A stretch of 64,000 nucleotides of DNA from Octopus vulgaris (GCA_951406725.2 OX597828.1:70432001-70496000); one strand, 5' to 3'. Shown: positions 1 through 12,490, counted from the stretch's first letter. A program made the numbers and translations. The notes: a model not told the origin generated them from the letters alone.

Positions 1-216
1 TATATATATATATATACATACACACACACATATATATATATATATATAAATATATACATATATGTATGTATGTATGAATGTATGTATGTATGTATTTATG
101 TATGTATATATGTACATATGTATGTAATGTATGTATGTATATGAAAGGCTTACGCACACTTTCTTTTGACCAAATTTCACACATAAGGTTTTGATTACCC
201 CATGACCATCGTAGAA

Positions 217-547
217 TAAGATGGAGTGAAAATAAAATAGTGTAAGAAATCAAAAATGCCTAAGGACTGAAGCGTTGCTATATTTGATCACTAGAAAAAT
301 GCTAAAATTTTTGCTGAGATCAATCAAGGGCATTTACTCCCTCAAGCACCTTAAAAATCCCAAAATGGGAATTTTTTGTAAATTTTTTAACAATAGCGGA
401 GTTTGTGGAGGGGGGCAGGGTGAGGGAGTAAATGACCTGAACTGATCTAAGCAAAAATTTAGCATCTTTCTAGTAAATAAAAAAGCAACATTTTTAGCCC
501 TCAGGCATTTTCAATTTTCACAAATTTTTTATTTTCATTCCACCCTA
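217..547. mobile_element. hAT-type MITE with long imperfect inverted arms, inserted into a decayed SINE-A
   Basis: Left arm taagatggagtgaaaataaaa... matches the reverse complement of ...ttttattttcattccacccta. The 8-bp TSD is tcgtagaa (209-216) / ttgtggaa (548-555), and SINE-A sequence continues on both sides. Confidence 0.7.
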
Positions 548-753
548 TTGTGGAAGACATTTGCTCAAAGTATTGATCACTGGAACCAAATCCAGAACTA
601 AGTTATTATGAAACAAAAAACTCAGCCACAAGGCCATGGCTATATCAGTATTTTTTTCAGTGGATCTATTTATTCTAAATATTTGTCATGTAAACCATTA
701 AATGTTTCCATTGATCACCAATTTTCATTTCTGATAATATTTTCCACTTTTAG

Positions 754-820
754 ATGCAAGAATCAGCAATGGAACCTGAAGTTAAACGTAGAAAATCTAT
801 TGGTACCATAGCAGAAGATC
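754..820 (+). CDS. Internal coding exon of an unidentified + strand gene (phase 0 in, phase 1 out): MQESAMEPEVKRRKSIGTIAED
   Basis: Acceptor ttttccacttttAG at 752-753 and consensus donor GTAAGT at 821. Frame 0 is open and gives a non-repetitive peptide with a KRRKS basic motif (PKA-site- or NLS-like). Confidence 0.7.
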
Positions 821-1294
821 GTAAGTGTAGCTTCTATTTCTAGCATCTTTCATTGAAATGTCAGGATTTTCTCCTTTATTTGTTTGTTTTTTGCTTTTGT
901 GTCTTTAAGGGAAGGAGTTGAAGTTTTCTTGATCCCATCTACCATTGTTGGTGCCAAGGGCAAATGATTTATCCCTGGGTAAAACATTATAGGTTACCAT
1001 TGGGTCTTTGGAAATGTAGGGTCCATACCTCATGATGGTACTGAAAATGCATTGAGTGGACTGGTTAGCATTAGGGAGGGCATGTAGCCATAGAAACCAT
1101 GTCAAAACAGTGGAAAATTGGAAAATTGGAATGTATGAGGAAGGCATTATCCAGTGCCCAGGAGAACTGTAACACAGAATAAGAACTGTCTTGGACCATG
1201 AGAACTTGGTGCCAGCATAAAGAATGGACAGAAAACAATGATGAGGATGATGATGATATGTGTGTGAATACATATATACATATATATGTATATG

Positions 1295-1368
<74 letters not shown>

Positions 1369-1435
1369 TATACATGTGTATAATATAAATATATACATGC
1401 ATACATATATACATACATATATACATATATATATG

Positions 1436-1483
<48 letters not shown>

Positions 1484-1503
1484 AATATATATGTATACTT
1501 TTA

Positions 1504-1761
1504 TTCTTTTACTCTTTTACTTCTTTCAGTCATTTGACTGTGGCCATGCTGGAGCACTGCCTATAGTCGCGCAAATCAACCCCATGACTTGTTCTTTGTA
1601 AGCCTACTACTTATTCTATCAGTCTCTTTTGCCAAACCGCTAAGTTACCGTGACGTAAACACACCAGCATCAGTTGTCAAGTGATGTTGGGGGGAGAAAC
1701 AAAGACACGCAAACATGCACACACACACATACAAACACACACACACGCACACACACACACG

Positions 1762-1811
<50 letters not shown>

Positions 1812-1990
1812 CACCAATACATGTATACGACAGGCTTCTTTCAGTTTCCATCTACCAAATCCACTCACAAGGCTTTGGTCAGCCTTAGGCTATAGTAGAA
1901 GATACTTTCCCAAGGTGCCATGTAGTGGGACTGAACCTGGAACCATGTGGTTCGTAAGCAAGCTACTTATCACACAGCCACTCCTGCACC
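1504..1990 (-). mobile_element. SINE-A (tRNA-derived head, CORE-like centre, internal microsatellite, CR1-group-like tail)
   Basis: Reverse complement of the 6503-6915 and 51669-52075 copies. Confidence 0.9.
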
Positions 1991-3357
1991 TATGCATATA
2001 TATGTATATATGTATATATGTATATATGTATATATGTATGTATGTATACATAGAAACAGACTGCTTAGTGTTAACCATCCAATATGTAATCTTAGCTAAG
2101 TGGGTGAAGGCCATCCTATTTTAGTTGCCAGACTCACATGTCCTCTTTCCTATTGAAACACTAGAAATACTTTTTATTTATAGAACTCATCATGTTATTA
2201 CATTACTACATTATCATACCATTATCATATCATTATCATATCATTATGTAACAATATAGTATACTATAATTTCAGTGTGTATATACACGATGTAACAGTA
2301 TAGTTGGTGTATATTTTGATATTTCCTCAACACTGTATCACCAGAACCTTATCTACTCAGCCTTCCATTCTCATCCCTACAACTATGAATAGGGTCCCTT
2401 CACATGTCATATAGAGAGACTGAACTTGTAACTTTGTAGTGCTAAAGCAAAATTCTTAACCATTCAACCACTCTCCACCTTCATGTCATTTTAAATGCAG
2501 AAAGCTGCACAAAGACAGAATTTAATTAAATTAAAACAGAGAAACACGTTAGTATAATTTTATCTAAAACCTCCAAGAAATTAAAGAGTAGACAAAGAAC
2601 ATGCTGTCTTCACTTCCGCTTCAGGAAGAAAGACTTGTTACAGATTTTGCTTGCCACTGTTTTATGGGGTCAGTTTTAATTTATAGACTAGTTTTATCAA
2701 ATCCTTTTTATATCTAAGGCTGAGAGAACAAGGAGCAGTGTCTGTTAGGGGTAGGGCTGAGGGAGCAGACAGAAACCATAGTGGGTATAGTCATAAAAAT
2801 CAATGATTGCATTGTTCAATTAAATGGAGTTGTGTGAAACGATCGTACTGCATTACCTCTAGATATCCTTGTTGCTTATTTTGATTTATATATATATACA
2901 TATATATATATGTAGATATATATGTAGTAATTGAAAAATATTGTTATAGATATAAATATACCATAAACAATTATAGAAAAGTGGAGGAGAAAAAGATGTT
3001 GCATCGAAATTAGATTTAATACAAAATAGGATTCAATACATATGTGTGTTTCAAATGACAATCATGATAGATCGTTAGCCACTACACACATTTTTTCTCT
3101 CCTTGTTTCTTTCTGTGTCCCTTTCGGTAGAAGAGCGTAGGCTCGAAACATAAAATACTTTTTCTATTCCTGAGCATTATACTAATACATCTGTTTGTTT
3201 TGTACACCACCTGTCTTTGTCTTTTGTTTTTTTCGTAAACTCTCCCTATATGGTAAATCTCCAAGTCTCCCTATATGGTAAATGAAAGACGGAAGATGGA
3301 ATATACAAGAATTTATTAATCCACAACAATTGTTTCGACATCTTAACAACTGGTTGC

Positions 3358-3409
<52 letters not shown>

Positions 3410-3526
3410 AGCCTGCATAACATCGTCCGCTGTCCTTATTGCATATTATCAGTGAACCCTTTTTCCAAAATCTTGTCTTCCTACCATTAATGCTTTCTGT
3501 TCAACCTCTGTCATTGTGATTTCTAG

Positions 3527-3631
3527 GTCTCCAACCTGACAAGATGGCCGAGACCTCATCATCAAGATCTTCTCCAATTCCTCAGTCCATCCCACGCGAC
3601 ACCCAAACGTCTTTGATAAACCAAAACAGAA
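3527..3631 (+). CDS. Symmetric phase-1 exon (105 nt): (R)LQPDKMAETSSSRSSPIPQSIPRDTQTSLINQNR
   Basis: Acceptor gtgatttctAG at 3525-3526 and donor GTAAGT at 3632. Only the phase-1 frame is stop-free, and it continues exon 754-820 in frame. An RBFOX-type TGCATG lies at 3665-3670. Confidence 0.65.
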
Positions 3632-3686
3632 GTAAGTCTTTACTTGGTTCTATCATTCACTTTTTGCATGCCTGGCAAGTGGCTTT

Positions 3687-4075
3687 GTTGCCATGGAGAT
3701 GTGTGTGATGTCTTTGCTGCTATAGAGATGTGTGAAGTCTAGCTTTGGTGCTATGATGATGTATCAGTTGTGTGGCTTTGTTGCTATGGTGATGTGTTTG
3801 TGATGTGTAGCCTTGTTGCTATACAGATGAGTCAGTTATGTGTACTTGTTGCTATGGAGGTGTCATCAAATGTGAAGGCTTGTTGCCATGGAAATCTGGC
3901 AGAAGCTAAATTTTCTAATCTGGGAGACTGGGAGATTTATTTTGATGTGTAGCTCTGTTGTCATGGATACGAGTTTGCCACAGAACTTCGTTGGCATAGA
4001 AACATTTCTGAAATGTACTCTAGTTGCTTAGACATGGAGGTCTTCCTTGTGTACTCTTGTTGTTGCCATGGAAAT
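3687..4075. repeat. Degenerate 30-35-bp tandem array with a conserved GTTGCYATGGNRAY core
   Basis: Cores at 3687, 3716, 3747, 3780, 3815, 3848, 3883, 3957, 3990 and 4062. Confidence 0.75.
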
Positions 4076-4139
4076 ATTTTAATTTCAGAACCAGATACAA
4101 CTTAGCAAAGGTGCCAAGATTTATTGCTGGTGCACACAG

Positions 4140-4170
<31 letters not shown>

Positions 4171-4569
4171 CACACACACACATGCACACACACACATGCA
4201 CACACATACACATACACACATATATAAATAAATAGATATACACCAACACATACACACATATATAAATTGAAATATAAAAAATGCCAAGCTGCCATTTAAA
4301 GTCAAAACAGCCTCCGCCACTCCCCCACCCCCCTTCATTCATTCTGGTTCTTCCAGGAGAGAAAGTTTTGGTAAATGTACCATTAAGTAGCTTAGTATCA
4401 TCATCATCATCACCATCACCATCACCGTCATCATTGTCCTCATTAATCTCATTGCTGCCATGACAACCACCACCACCACCACCATCATCATCGTCATCTT
4501 TGCACACATATGCATTCACATGCACGCATAACACTTGTACACCACACACATACACATCTCTAAATTCTT

Positions 4570-4770
4570 TCTCATTTAAGTATAAGGCCAGCAATTTTGA
4601 GGGGAGGGGGGACAAGTCAATTACAGCAACCCCCAATACTTGACTGGTGCTGTTAATTTTTGCAACCCCCAAGGGATGAAAAGCAAAGTTGTCCTTAGCA
4701 GGATTTGAACTCAGAGTGTAAAAAGCAGAATGAAATACCAATTATGCATTAACGATTCCGTCAGCCTTCC
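4570..4770 (-). mobile_element. SINE-B, decayed
   Basis: ggatgaaaagcaaagttgtcc...ggatttgaactcaga. Confidence 0.75.
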
Positions 4771-5111
4771 ACCTTATCACCTTTCACTAATTAAACAACA
4801 TAGAACAGAGTGTGACCTTAATTTGGGTGTGACCCCTACACAATACCATATGATGTCAGTGGCCCTTACACATGATATTCTTTGTAGTGCAGTAAGTATA
4901 ATAGCAATTTGGTTGAGACTGCAACTCCTTGTACCTTCCAAAGTACTGTGTGTCTGTGGGACCTTGTATATTCTCTGGTACCTAGTGACCTCAATTTGGT
5001 GTGACCTCAACACATGCCAACTTTTATAGTAAGCCCTGGCTGTGACTCCAAAACCTGGTACCTTCTCTACTATGGTGTGCCTTTAATTTAACTGTGAGCT
5101 CAACATGTGAG

Positions 5112-5504
5112 CCTTTTGTGCTGAAGCTCAACATGTGAGCTCAGCATGTGACACCTTTTGTGCTGAAGCTCAACATGTGAGCTCAGCATGTGACACCTTT
5201 TGTGCTGAAGCTCAACATGTGAGCTCAGCATGTGACACCTTTTGTGCTGAAGCTCAACATGTGAGCTCAGCATGTGACACCTTTTGTGCTGAAGCTCAAC
5301 ATGTGAGCTCAGCATGTGACACCTTTTGTGCTGAAGCTCAACATGTGAGCTCAGCATGTGACACCTTTTGTGCTGAAGCTCAACATGTGAGCTCAGCATG
5401 TGACACCTTTTGTGCTGAAGCTCAACATGTGAGCTCAGCATGTGACACCTTTTGTGCTGAAGCTCAACATGTGAGCTCAGCATGTGACACCTTTTGTGCT
5501 GAAG
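5112..5504. repeat. Perfect 42-bp minisatellite, 9 units plus 15 nt
   Basis: Unit ccttttgtgctgaagctcaacatgtgagctcagcatgtgaca, with identical copies. Confidence 0.97.
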
Positions 5505-5920
5505 AGTGCGGTGTCATTTGGCCCAGTGGCCCCAACACCTCCCACCTTCCATACTAAACTGTATCAACTCACTCTCGCTCTGACCTTCTCCAACAAACAA
5601 TAAAACATACCGAAACGGTTCTCTTCTCCGCTGACATCCCTCTGTTACCATTATCTCATCCATCTTGATTCTTCATCACTATTTAATGATGCTGTGACAT
5701 AAGATTATTCTAGAGGGAGTTGCAGTGAAGGTGGCGGCGAAGACGGTGGTGGTGGTGGTGATGGCGGAGGAGGTAACATATACACACACTCATTTGTTTA
5801 CACACATACACAAGCACGCACACACACACACATACACATACCTTTGTATATATATTTATTATGTAAATGTGCATGTTTGTATATGTATGCATGTATGTTT
5901 ATATATATGTATATGTGTGA

Positions 5921-5961
<41 letters not shown>

Positions 5962-6159
5962 TATACATATATATATATACACACATATATACATATATGT
6001 ATGTGTATACACACACACAAAATGTCAGGAAGATGCATTTGATCTGCCCAGATGTACACATTTCATGCATACATGCACACACCCACACAGTCACAGTTGC
6101 ATACGATCGCTGCTGCTCTTTGACATCGGCAAATATGTTGCCAATTAGTCTCACACGCA

Positions 6160-6210
<51 letters not shown>

Positions 6211-6502
6211 ACATTTACACACTCATACACATACACACATCAGATCAGACAGTACACATACTTTTTCTATTAAAATTCCAGCTATCAATTTTTTTTCACT
6301 CCAGTTTTTCATCCTCCTGTTGCATTCTCAGGTTGCTCAGTTGGTCCCTACCTTCATCCTGGTACCCTAATTATCTCTCCAGTGCTTCTTCAGTCTTTCT
6401 TTTGCCCTTTGACCTTCTTTCCCTCTCTCCCGCTCTCTTTCTCTCTCTCTCTTGCATACACTCTCTTCTCTCTGCATATATATATATATATATATATATA
6501 TA

Positions 6503-6915
6503 GGCGCAGGAGTGGCTGTGTGGTAAGTAGCTTGCTAACCAGCCACATGGTTCCGGGTTCAGTCCCACTGCGTGGCATCTTGGGCAAGTGTCTTCTGCTA
6601 TAGCCCCGGGCCGACCAAAGCCTTGTGAGTGGATTTGGTAGACGGAAACTGAAAGAAGCCTGTCTTATATATGTATATATATATATATATGTATGTGTGT
6701 GTTTGTGTGTCTGTGTTTGTCCCCCTAACATTGCTTGACAACCGATGCTGGTGTGTTTACGTCCCCGTCACTTAGCGGTTCGGCAAAAGAGACCGATAGA
6801 ATAAGTACTGGGCTTACAAAGAATAAGTCCCGGGGTCGATTTGCTCGACTAAAGGTGGTGCTCCAGCATGGCCACAGTCAAATGACTGAAACAAGTAAAA
6901 GAGTAAAAGAGTAAA
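6503..6915 (+). mobile_element. SINE-A, full length
   Basis: Box A-like TGGCTGTGTGG, box B-like GGTTCAGTCCC, central cttgggcaagtgtctt, internal (TA)/(TG) tract, and tail ccagcatggcc...gaaacaagtaaaagag. About 12 copies occur in the window. Confidence 0.92.
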
Positions 6916-6918
6916 GAG

Positions 6919-6983
<65 letters not shown>

Positions 6984-7044
6984 CACATATATATATGCAT
7001 ATACATACACACACATCTACACACATGCACATACACACATATAT

Positions 7045-7340
7045 GGTGAATGCACGTGGCTTAATGGTAAGGGTATTTGACTCATGATCATAAGGTCACA
7101 AGTTCAATTCTTGGTGGTACCTTGAACAAGACACTTTATTCCACGTTGCTCCAGTCAACTCAACTGGCAAAATTGAGCTGTACCTGTAATTCAAAGGAGC
7201 CAGCCTTGTCACATTCTGAATTTCCTTGAGAGCTACTTTAAGGGTATCATGTCTGTGGAGCACTCAGCCACTTGCACATTAATTTCATGCGCCGGCTGTT
7301 CCATTGATTGGATCAGCTAGAACCCTCATCATAACTGGCC
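7045..7340 (+). mobile_element. SINE-D (tRNA-derived, CORE-like)
   Basis: gtggcttaatggtaag (box A-like), agttcaattc (box B-like) and cttgaacaagacactt core. Relatives lie at 12535-12640, 51063-51290 and about 15800-16050 (-). Confidence 0.7.
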
Positions 7341-7454
7341 AGTCATAACTGATGACAAGGACGACGACGATGATGACAACGATCATGATGGTGGTGGTGG
7401 TGGAAGTGGTGGTGGTGGTGTTGGCGGTGGTGGTGGTGGTGGTGGTGGTGGTGG

Positions 7455-7675
7455 TTTTTGGCAAGTTGGCAGAATCATTTGCATGCTGGGTGAACTGTTT
7501 AGCAGCATTTCATCTGTTGCTATGTTGTGAGTTCAAATTCCACTGAGGTCACCTTTACCTTTCAACCTTTCAGTGTCAATAAAATAAAAGTACCAGTTGT
7601 GCACTGGGGTTGATGTAATTGATTTGGCCCCCTTACCCCCAAAATAGCTGGTTTGTGCCAAAATTTGAAACCGAT
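7455..7675 (+). mobile_element. SINE-B, decayed
   Basis: ttggcagaatcattt...gagttcaaattcc...aagtaccagttgtgcactgggg...ccaaaatttgaaacc. Confidence 0.8.
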
Positions 7676-8102
7676 ATTATTTTTATTAGTTCAGACATCC
7701 TAAACAATCCCAGAGATTGTTTAAACAAACGAAGAAATAAACAAGAATCTCTCCACCCCCACACCCTCCTCCCTCCTTCGCTGCCCCCCTCCACCAAACA
7801 CATCTTTAATGTGTCTTACCTGTAACTTTGACATAGCAAAACACCTCACAGCTGTCTCTCTCAATTAACGAGAACAGAAGTCAGTGTCTCTTGTAGCAGA
7901 ACACAAAAATCCAACTGATGGAATTGGCAAATTGTTACAGCAGGAAGTTTACTGATTCTGGAAGGGAAAAAAAAGGAAGAGGCATACATGTGTTAGACAA
8001 TATATTAACACAGACAGACAGATAGACACAAACACAAAAGCATACAAACACATACACATTGTCACACACACACACCCATATATATATATATATATATATA
8101 TA

Positions 8103-8194
<92 letters not shown>

Positions 8195-8195
<1 letters not shown>

Positions 8196-8545
8196 CTCTT
8201 TTACTTGTTTCAGTCATTTGACTGCGGCCATGCTGGAGCACCGCCTTTTTAATCGAGCAACTCGACCCCGGGACTTATTCTTTTGTAAGCCCAGTACTTA
8301 TTCTATCAGTCTCTTTTGCCGAACCGCTAGGTAATGGGGACATTAACACAATGCTAGGGGGACAAACACAGACACACAAACACACACGTGCATATACATA
8401 TACATATATACGACGGGCTTCTTTCAGTTTCCGTCTACCAAATCCACTCACAAGGCTTTGGTCGGCCCGAGGCTATAGTAGAAGACACTTGCCCAAGAAT
8501 CATGTGGTTGGTAAACAAGCTACTTACCACACAGCCACTCCTACG

Positions 8546-8547
<2 letters not shown>
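8195..8547 (-). mobile_element. SINE-A with internal deletions
   Basis: Homologous to 6503-6915. Confidence 0.9.
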
Positions 8548-8618
<71 letters not shown>

Positions 8619-8628
8619 ATATATATAT

Positions 8629-9440
8629 GTAGCAGCTGTGTGGTAAGAAGCTTGCTTCCCAACCACATGGTTCTGAGTTCAGTCCCACTGCATGGTACCT
8701 TGGGCAAGTGTCTTCTACAACCAAAATCTTGTGAGTGGATTTGGTAGACGGAAACTGAAAGAAGCCCATTGTATATATACATGCATATGTATTCATGTGG
8801 GTGCGTCTGTGTTTGTCTCCCCACCACCACCACCACCACCACCATCACTTGACAACCAGTGTTGGTGTGTTCATGTCACTGTAACCTAGCAGTTTGGCAA
8901 AAGAGACTGATAGAATAAGTACTAGGCATACAAAAAATAAGACCTGGGGTTTATTTCTTCAACTAAGACCTTTTAAGGCAGTGCTCCAGCATGGCCTCAG
9001 TTAAATGACTGAAGCATGTAAAAGAATAAAAGAATATATATAGTGGCTGTGTGGTAAGTAGCTTGTTTACCAACCACATGGTTCCGGGTTCAGTCCCACT
9101 GCGTGGCACCTTGGGCAAGTGTCTTCTACTATAGCCTCAGGCCGACCAAAACCTTGTGAGTGGATTTGGTAGATGGAAACTGAAAGAAACCTGTCGTGTA
9201 TATACTTGCATGTATGTATGTATTTGTGTGTCTGTGTTTGTCCCCTGAGCATTGCTTGACAACCGATGCTGGTGTGTTTATGTCCCCGTTACTTAGTGGT
9301 TCGGCAAAAGAGACTGATAGAATAAGTACTGGGCTTACAAAAGAATAAGTCCCGGGGTCGAGTTGCTCGATTAAAGGTGGTGCTCCAGCATGGCCGCAGT
9401 CAAATGACTGAAACAAGTAAAAGAGTAAAAGAGTAAGAGT
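8629..9440 (+). mobile_element. Two tandem SINE-A copies (8629-9034 and 9042-9440)
   Basis: Two successive head-to-tail matches to SINE-A. Confidence 0.88.
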
Positions 9441-9460
9441 ATATATAAATATATACACAC

Positions 9461-9508
<48 letters not shown>

Positions 9509-9594
9509 GTCCATACACCTACACACATACACATATACAGAATAATATGGAAATATCAACAGCTTCTGAATAATAATAATAATAATAATATAAT

Positions 9595-9800
9595 CCTTTC
9601 TACTAAAGACACAAGACCTGAAATTGGGGGAAGGTGATAGTCGATTACATTGACCCCCAGCAGTCAGCTGGTACTTTTCTCAGTGATCCTAAAAGGATGA
9701 AAGGCAAAGATGACTTTGGCAGAATTTGAACTCAGAGCATAATGATGGAAGACATGCCACTAAAGTATTTCACCCAGCATGCTAACAATTTAGCCAATAT
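9595..9800 (-). mobile_element. SINE-B
   Basis: aaaggatgaaaggcaaag...gaatttgaactcaga, adjacent to an (AAT)n tract. Confidence 0.8.
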
Positions 9801-10040
9801 TTTGCACCTATATCTCTGTTGAAATACATTGCTTTTCCTTCAATTAATTTTGAAAATAATAAAGAATTTGATAAAATAAATTTGTCATTATTAAGCTGGT
9901 GTTTGAAACATAAATTAATAAATTTTGATGGGCAGTTTTGATGTCAGGGACATGTTTAATATGTAAAATTAGTCTATGCAATAGTTTTACACCACTAAAC
10001 TTAGTAGGTATTTATGCAATGCATTTGTGGATAGCTAATG

Positions 10041-10106
10041 AGTAGCATGTGGTGCTGATGAGAAGGCAATGACTCTTGAAATATGCATGTACACCATTTG
10101 CCTACT
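10041..10106 (+). ncRNA. Minimal type I hammerhead ribozyme motif (Penelope-type), slightly decayed
   Basis: Stem I TGGTG (10050-54) / CACCA (10092-96), extended by AGTAG/CTACT. CTGATGA at 10055-61, imperfect stem II, GAAA at 10078-81, short stem III with palindromic TGCA loop, and GTA cleavage triplet at 10089-91. Confidence 0.65.
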
Positions 10107-10753
10107 TTTTTTCTATTTCAATCATATTATTCACATAAATATATTCATATACAAAACATTATAATCTTCAATGTTGGATCTGAATTCTATAGAAAATTAG
10201 AAAATTAGAAACTTACAAATGAGTTTTCATTTAGATCCCTTTCAAACAGGAAGCCTCTCTCATAAAACCAGGAATTGTTACAAACAGATTGCTTTCAAAA
10301 GAACCAATAATGACAAAATTATCTTACTAAATTCTTTATTATTTTCAAGATTAATCAAAACAAATGCAGTGAACTTCAGTGGAAATATGATGATGAAAGG
10401 GTTAAATACACGTGGGTGTGGTTTGGGGAAGATTTGCTGTGATTTTTAGCATGTTGAATGACTGTTTAAAGACTCCTTGACTGGCACCACAACAACCACC
10501 ACCGGCACCAGCACCACCGTCTTCACCATTGTTCTACAGAAATATGGAACATGTGAAAAAATTTGTAATTGTCTTCAACTAATAGATTTCACTCTAGAGT
10601 GCATGGTTTAAATTTCTATTGTGCACGGGTATCACACACACACACACATACATATATACATGTATGTATATATAAGTATATGTATATATATATGTATATG
10701 TATATATGCATATATATATTTTTGCGTGTGTATCTATCTATCTATATCTATAC

Positions 10754-10798
<45 letters not shown>

Positions 10799-10810
10799 CA
10801 TACATACATA

Positions 10811-10854
<44 letters not shown>

Positions 10855-11524
10855 TATATGTATGTATGTATAATATATATATGTATAATATATACATGTA
10901 TAATATATTCATATATAATTACATCTGGCTAAGTGTGTGTGTACACATACAGATGCGCGCACACACATATATATGTATACACAAATATATGTATACACAT
11001 AAAAATATATGTATAGAAAGAGAGAGAGAGAGAGAGAGAGAAAGTGCACATCATACACATCTAATATGCCAACATGTGCACATTTCATGAGAACTGTTTT
11101 TTCTGCAGGATATGATTCCACAATTAAGTATTTCTGCTGCTAATTGGTTGATTACTAATGACCTGAGAGACATGAAGGTCACAACACACCATTATGTAAC
11201 TCTTCTGTTTCCGACCTTATTTCTTTAATTTCTAAGTCAACAAATGAATAGCTCGATTAATTAATTTAGCTTTAATAAAGCTATAGTGTTCATTAGTGAA
11301 ATAACATTAATAATACAGGAAAATAACTTTTAAGGGAGGAATACAAAGATATTTTTAATTAAATATTTCAGGATGTGTGGTGGTGGTGGTGGTGGTGGTG
11401 GTGGTGGTGGTGGTGGAGGTGGAGGTGGAGGTGTTGCTGCTGCTAATGGTGGTGGTACTGATTGCTGGTGGGTGGTGTCATGGTAGTGGTGAGAATGATG
11501 GTGGTGTCTTCATATATATATATG

Positions 11525-11636
<112 letters not shown>

Positions 11637-11657
11637 TATAGAGAGAGAGAGAAGGAG

Positions 11658-11694
<37 letters not shown>

Positions 11695-12490
11695 TAGATA
11701 TATATATACATATATATACATACATATATATGCTTTGAATATATTTCTTTTGTTGTTTGTTTTTAAAATCCTCCTGTTGCCTTTCTTAGAAAGCTTAACC
11801 ATTGGGTTTCTCCATTCAGTCTGTGGTGGCATTAGTGAGAACCCTCCCACCCACCCCCACCATTTTTTAAGTCCATAGTGACACTGTAAACTGAGAACCA
11901 TTAACGGTGATAGAGCACGATAAGATGAAGGTAATGTTTCATCTCTAACATTACCTAAAGTCTGTTTAGAGAGTTCCCCTAACAAGCAGGCTCTGTGGAG
12001 ATGGTGAGATAACTACTACAAAGTAGCACGGATGCGGTGAAATACAATCCTGGATATTACAATGGCAACAAGAGATACATTTCCTCTAACTTGTCTCTTA
12101 AAGGACACGTTACTCATGTTGTATCCCATGACAGCCAATGCCATTTCTCTTTGCTTTATCGCCAACCTACACACACACAAACAAGTGCAACATGTCTTCT
12201 CAGAGAATATTTGTTGGTTTTTTTTTGATTTTGGCTTTGTCTCGTCACTAAAAGCCAGTTTTAAAAGGAGTTTCTTTTATTTGATTCGTATGTGTGTGTG
12301 TGTTTGTGTACATTTATATTATATATACACTCTCACATCATCTATATATCTATGTTTAATAGATACATGTATGTATATACATACATATGTGTGTGTGAGA
12401 GAGAGATGCAAGTAGATAGATATATTGATATACAGTTAGATAGATAATACATATATACATCATAGATATATGTATGTGTGTGTGAGTGTG

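Noticed and set aside
3120-3160. Hammerhead-like gagc-gtag-gctc-GAAA hairpin (related text near 59545-59580)
   Set aside because: There is no correctly spaced CTGANGA and no stem III. At most it is a dead relic in a dispersed repeat.
3453-3630. Minus-strand open frame faintly like an RTE C-terminus (…EITMTEVEQKALMVGRQDF…)
   Set aside because: The similarity is weak. The + strand reading has canonical splice sites and frame continuity. It is not fully excluded.
3687-5504. CRISPR-like appearance of the repeat arrays
   Set aside because: The context is eukaryotic with no cas genes. The 42-mer has no spacers, and the X-box array has degenerate short cores with related spacers.
5100-5557. Repetitive ORFs (MLSSHVELQHKRCH)n and (SSACDTFCAEAQHV)n
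   Set aside because: They arise from a 42-bp unit divisible by 3. There is no synonymous variation and no splice context.
6503-6580. tRNA-like A/B boxes in SINE heads
   Set aside because: They are SINE promoters with no complete cloverleaf, so they were not called tRNA genes.
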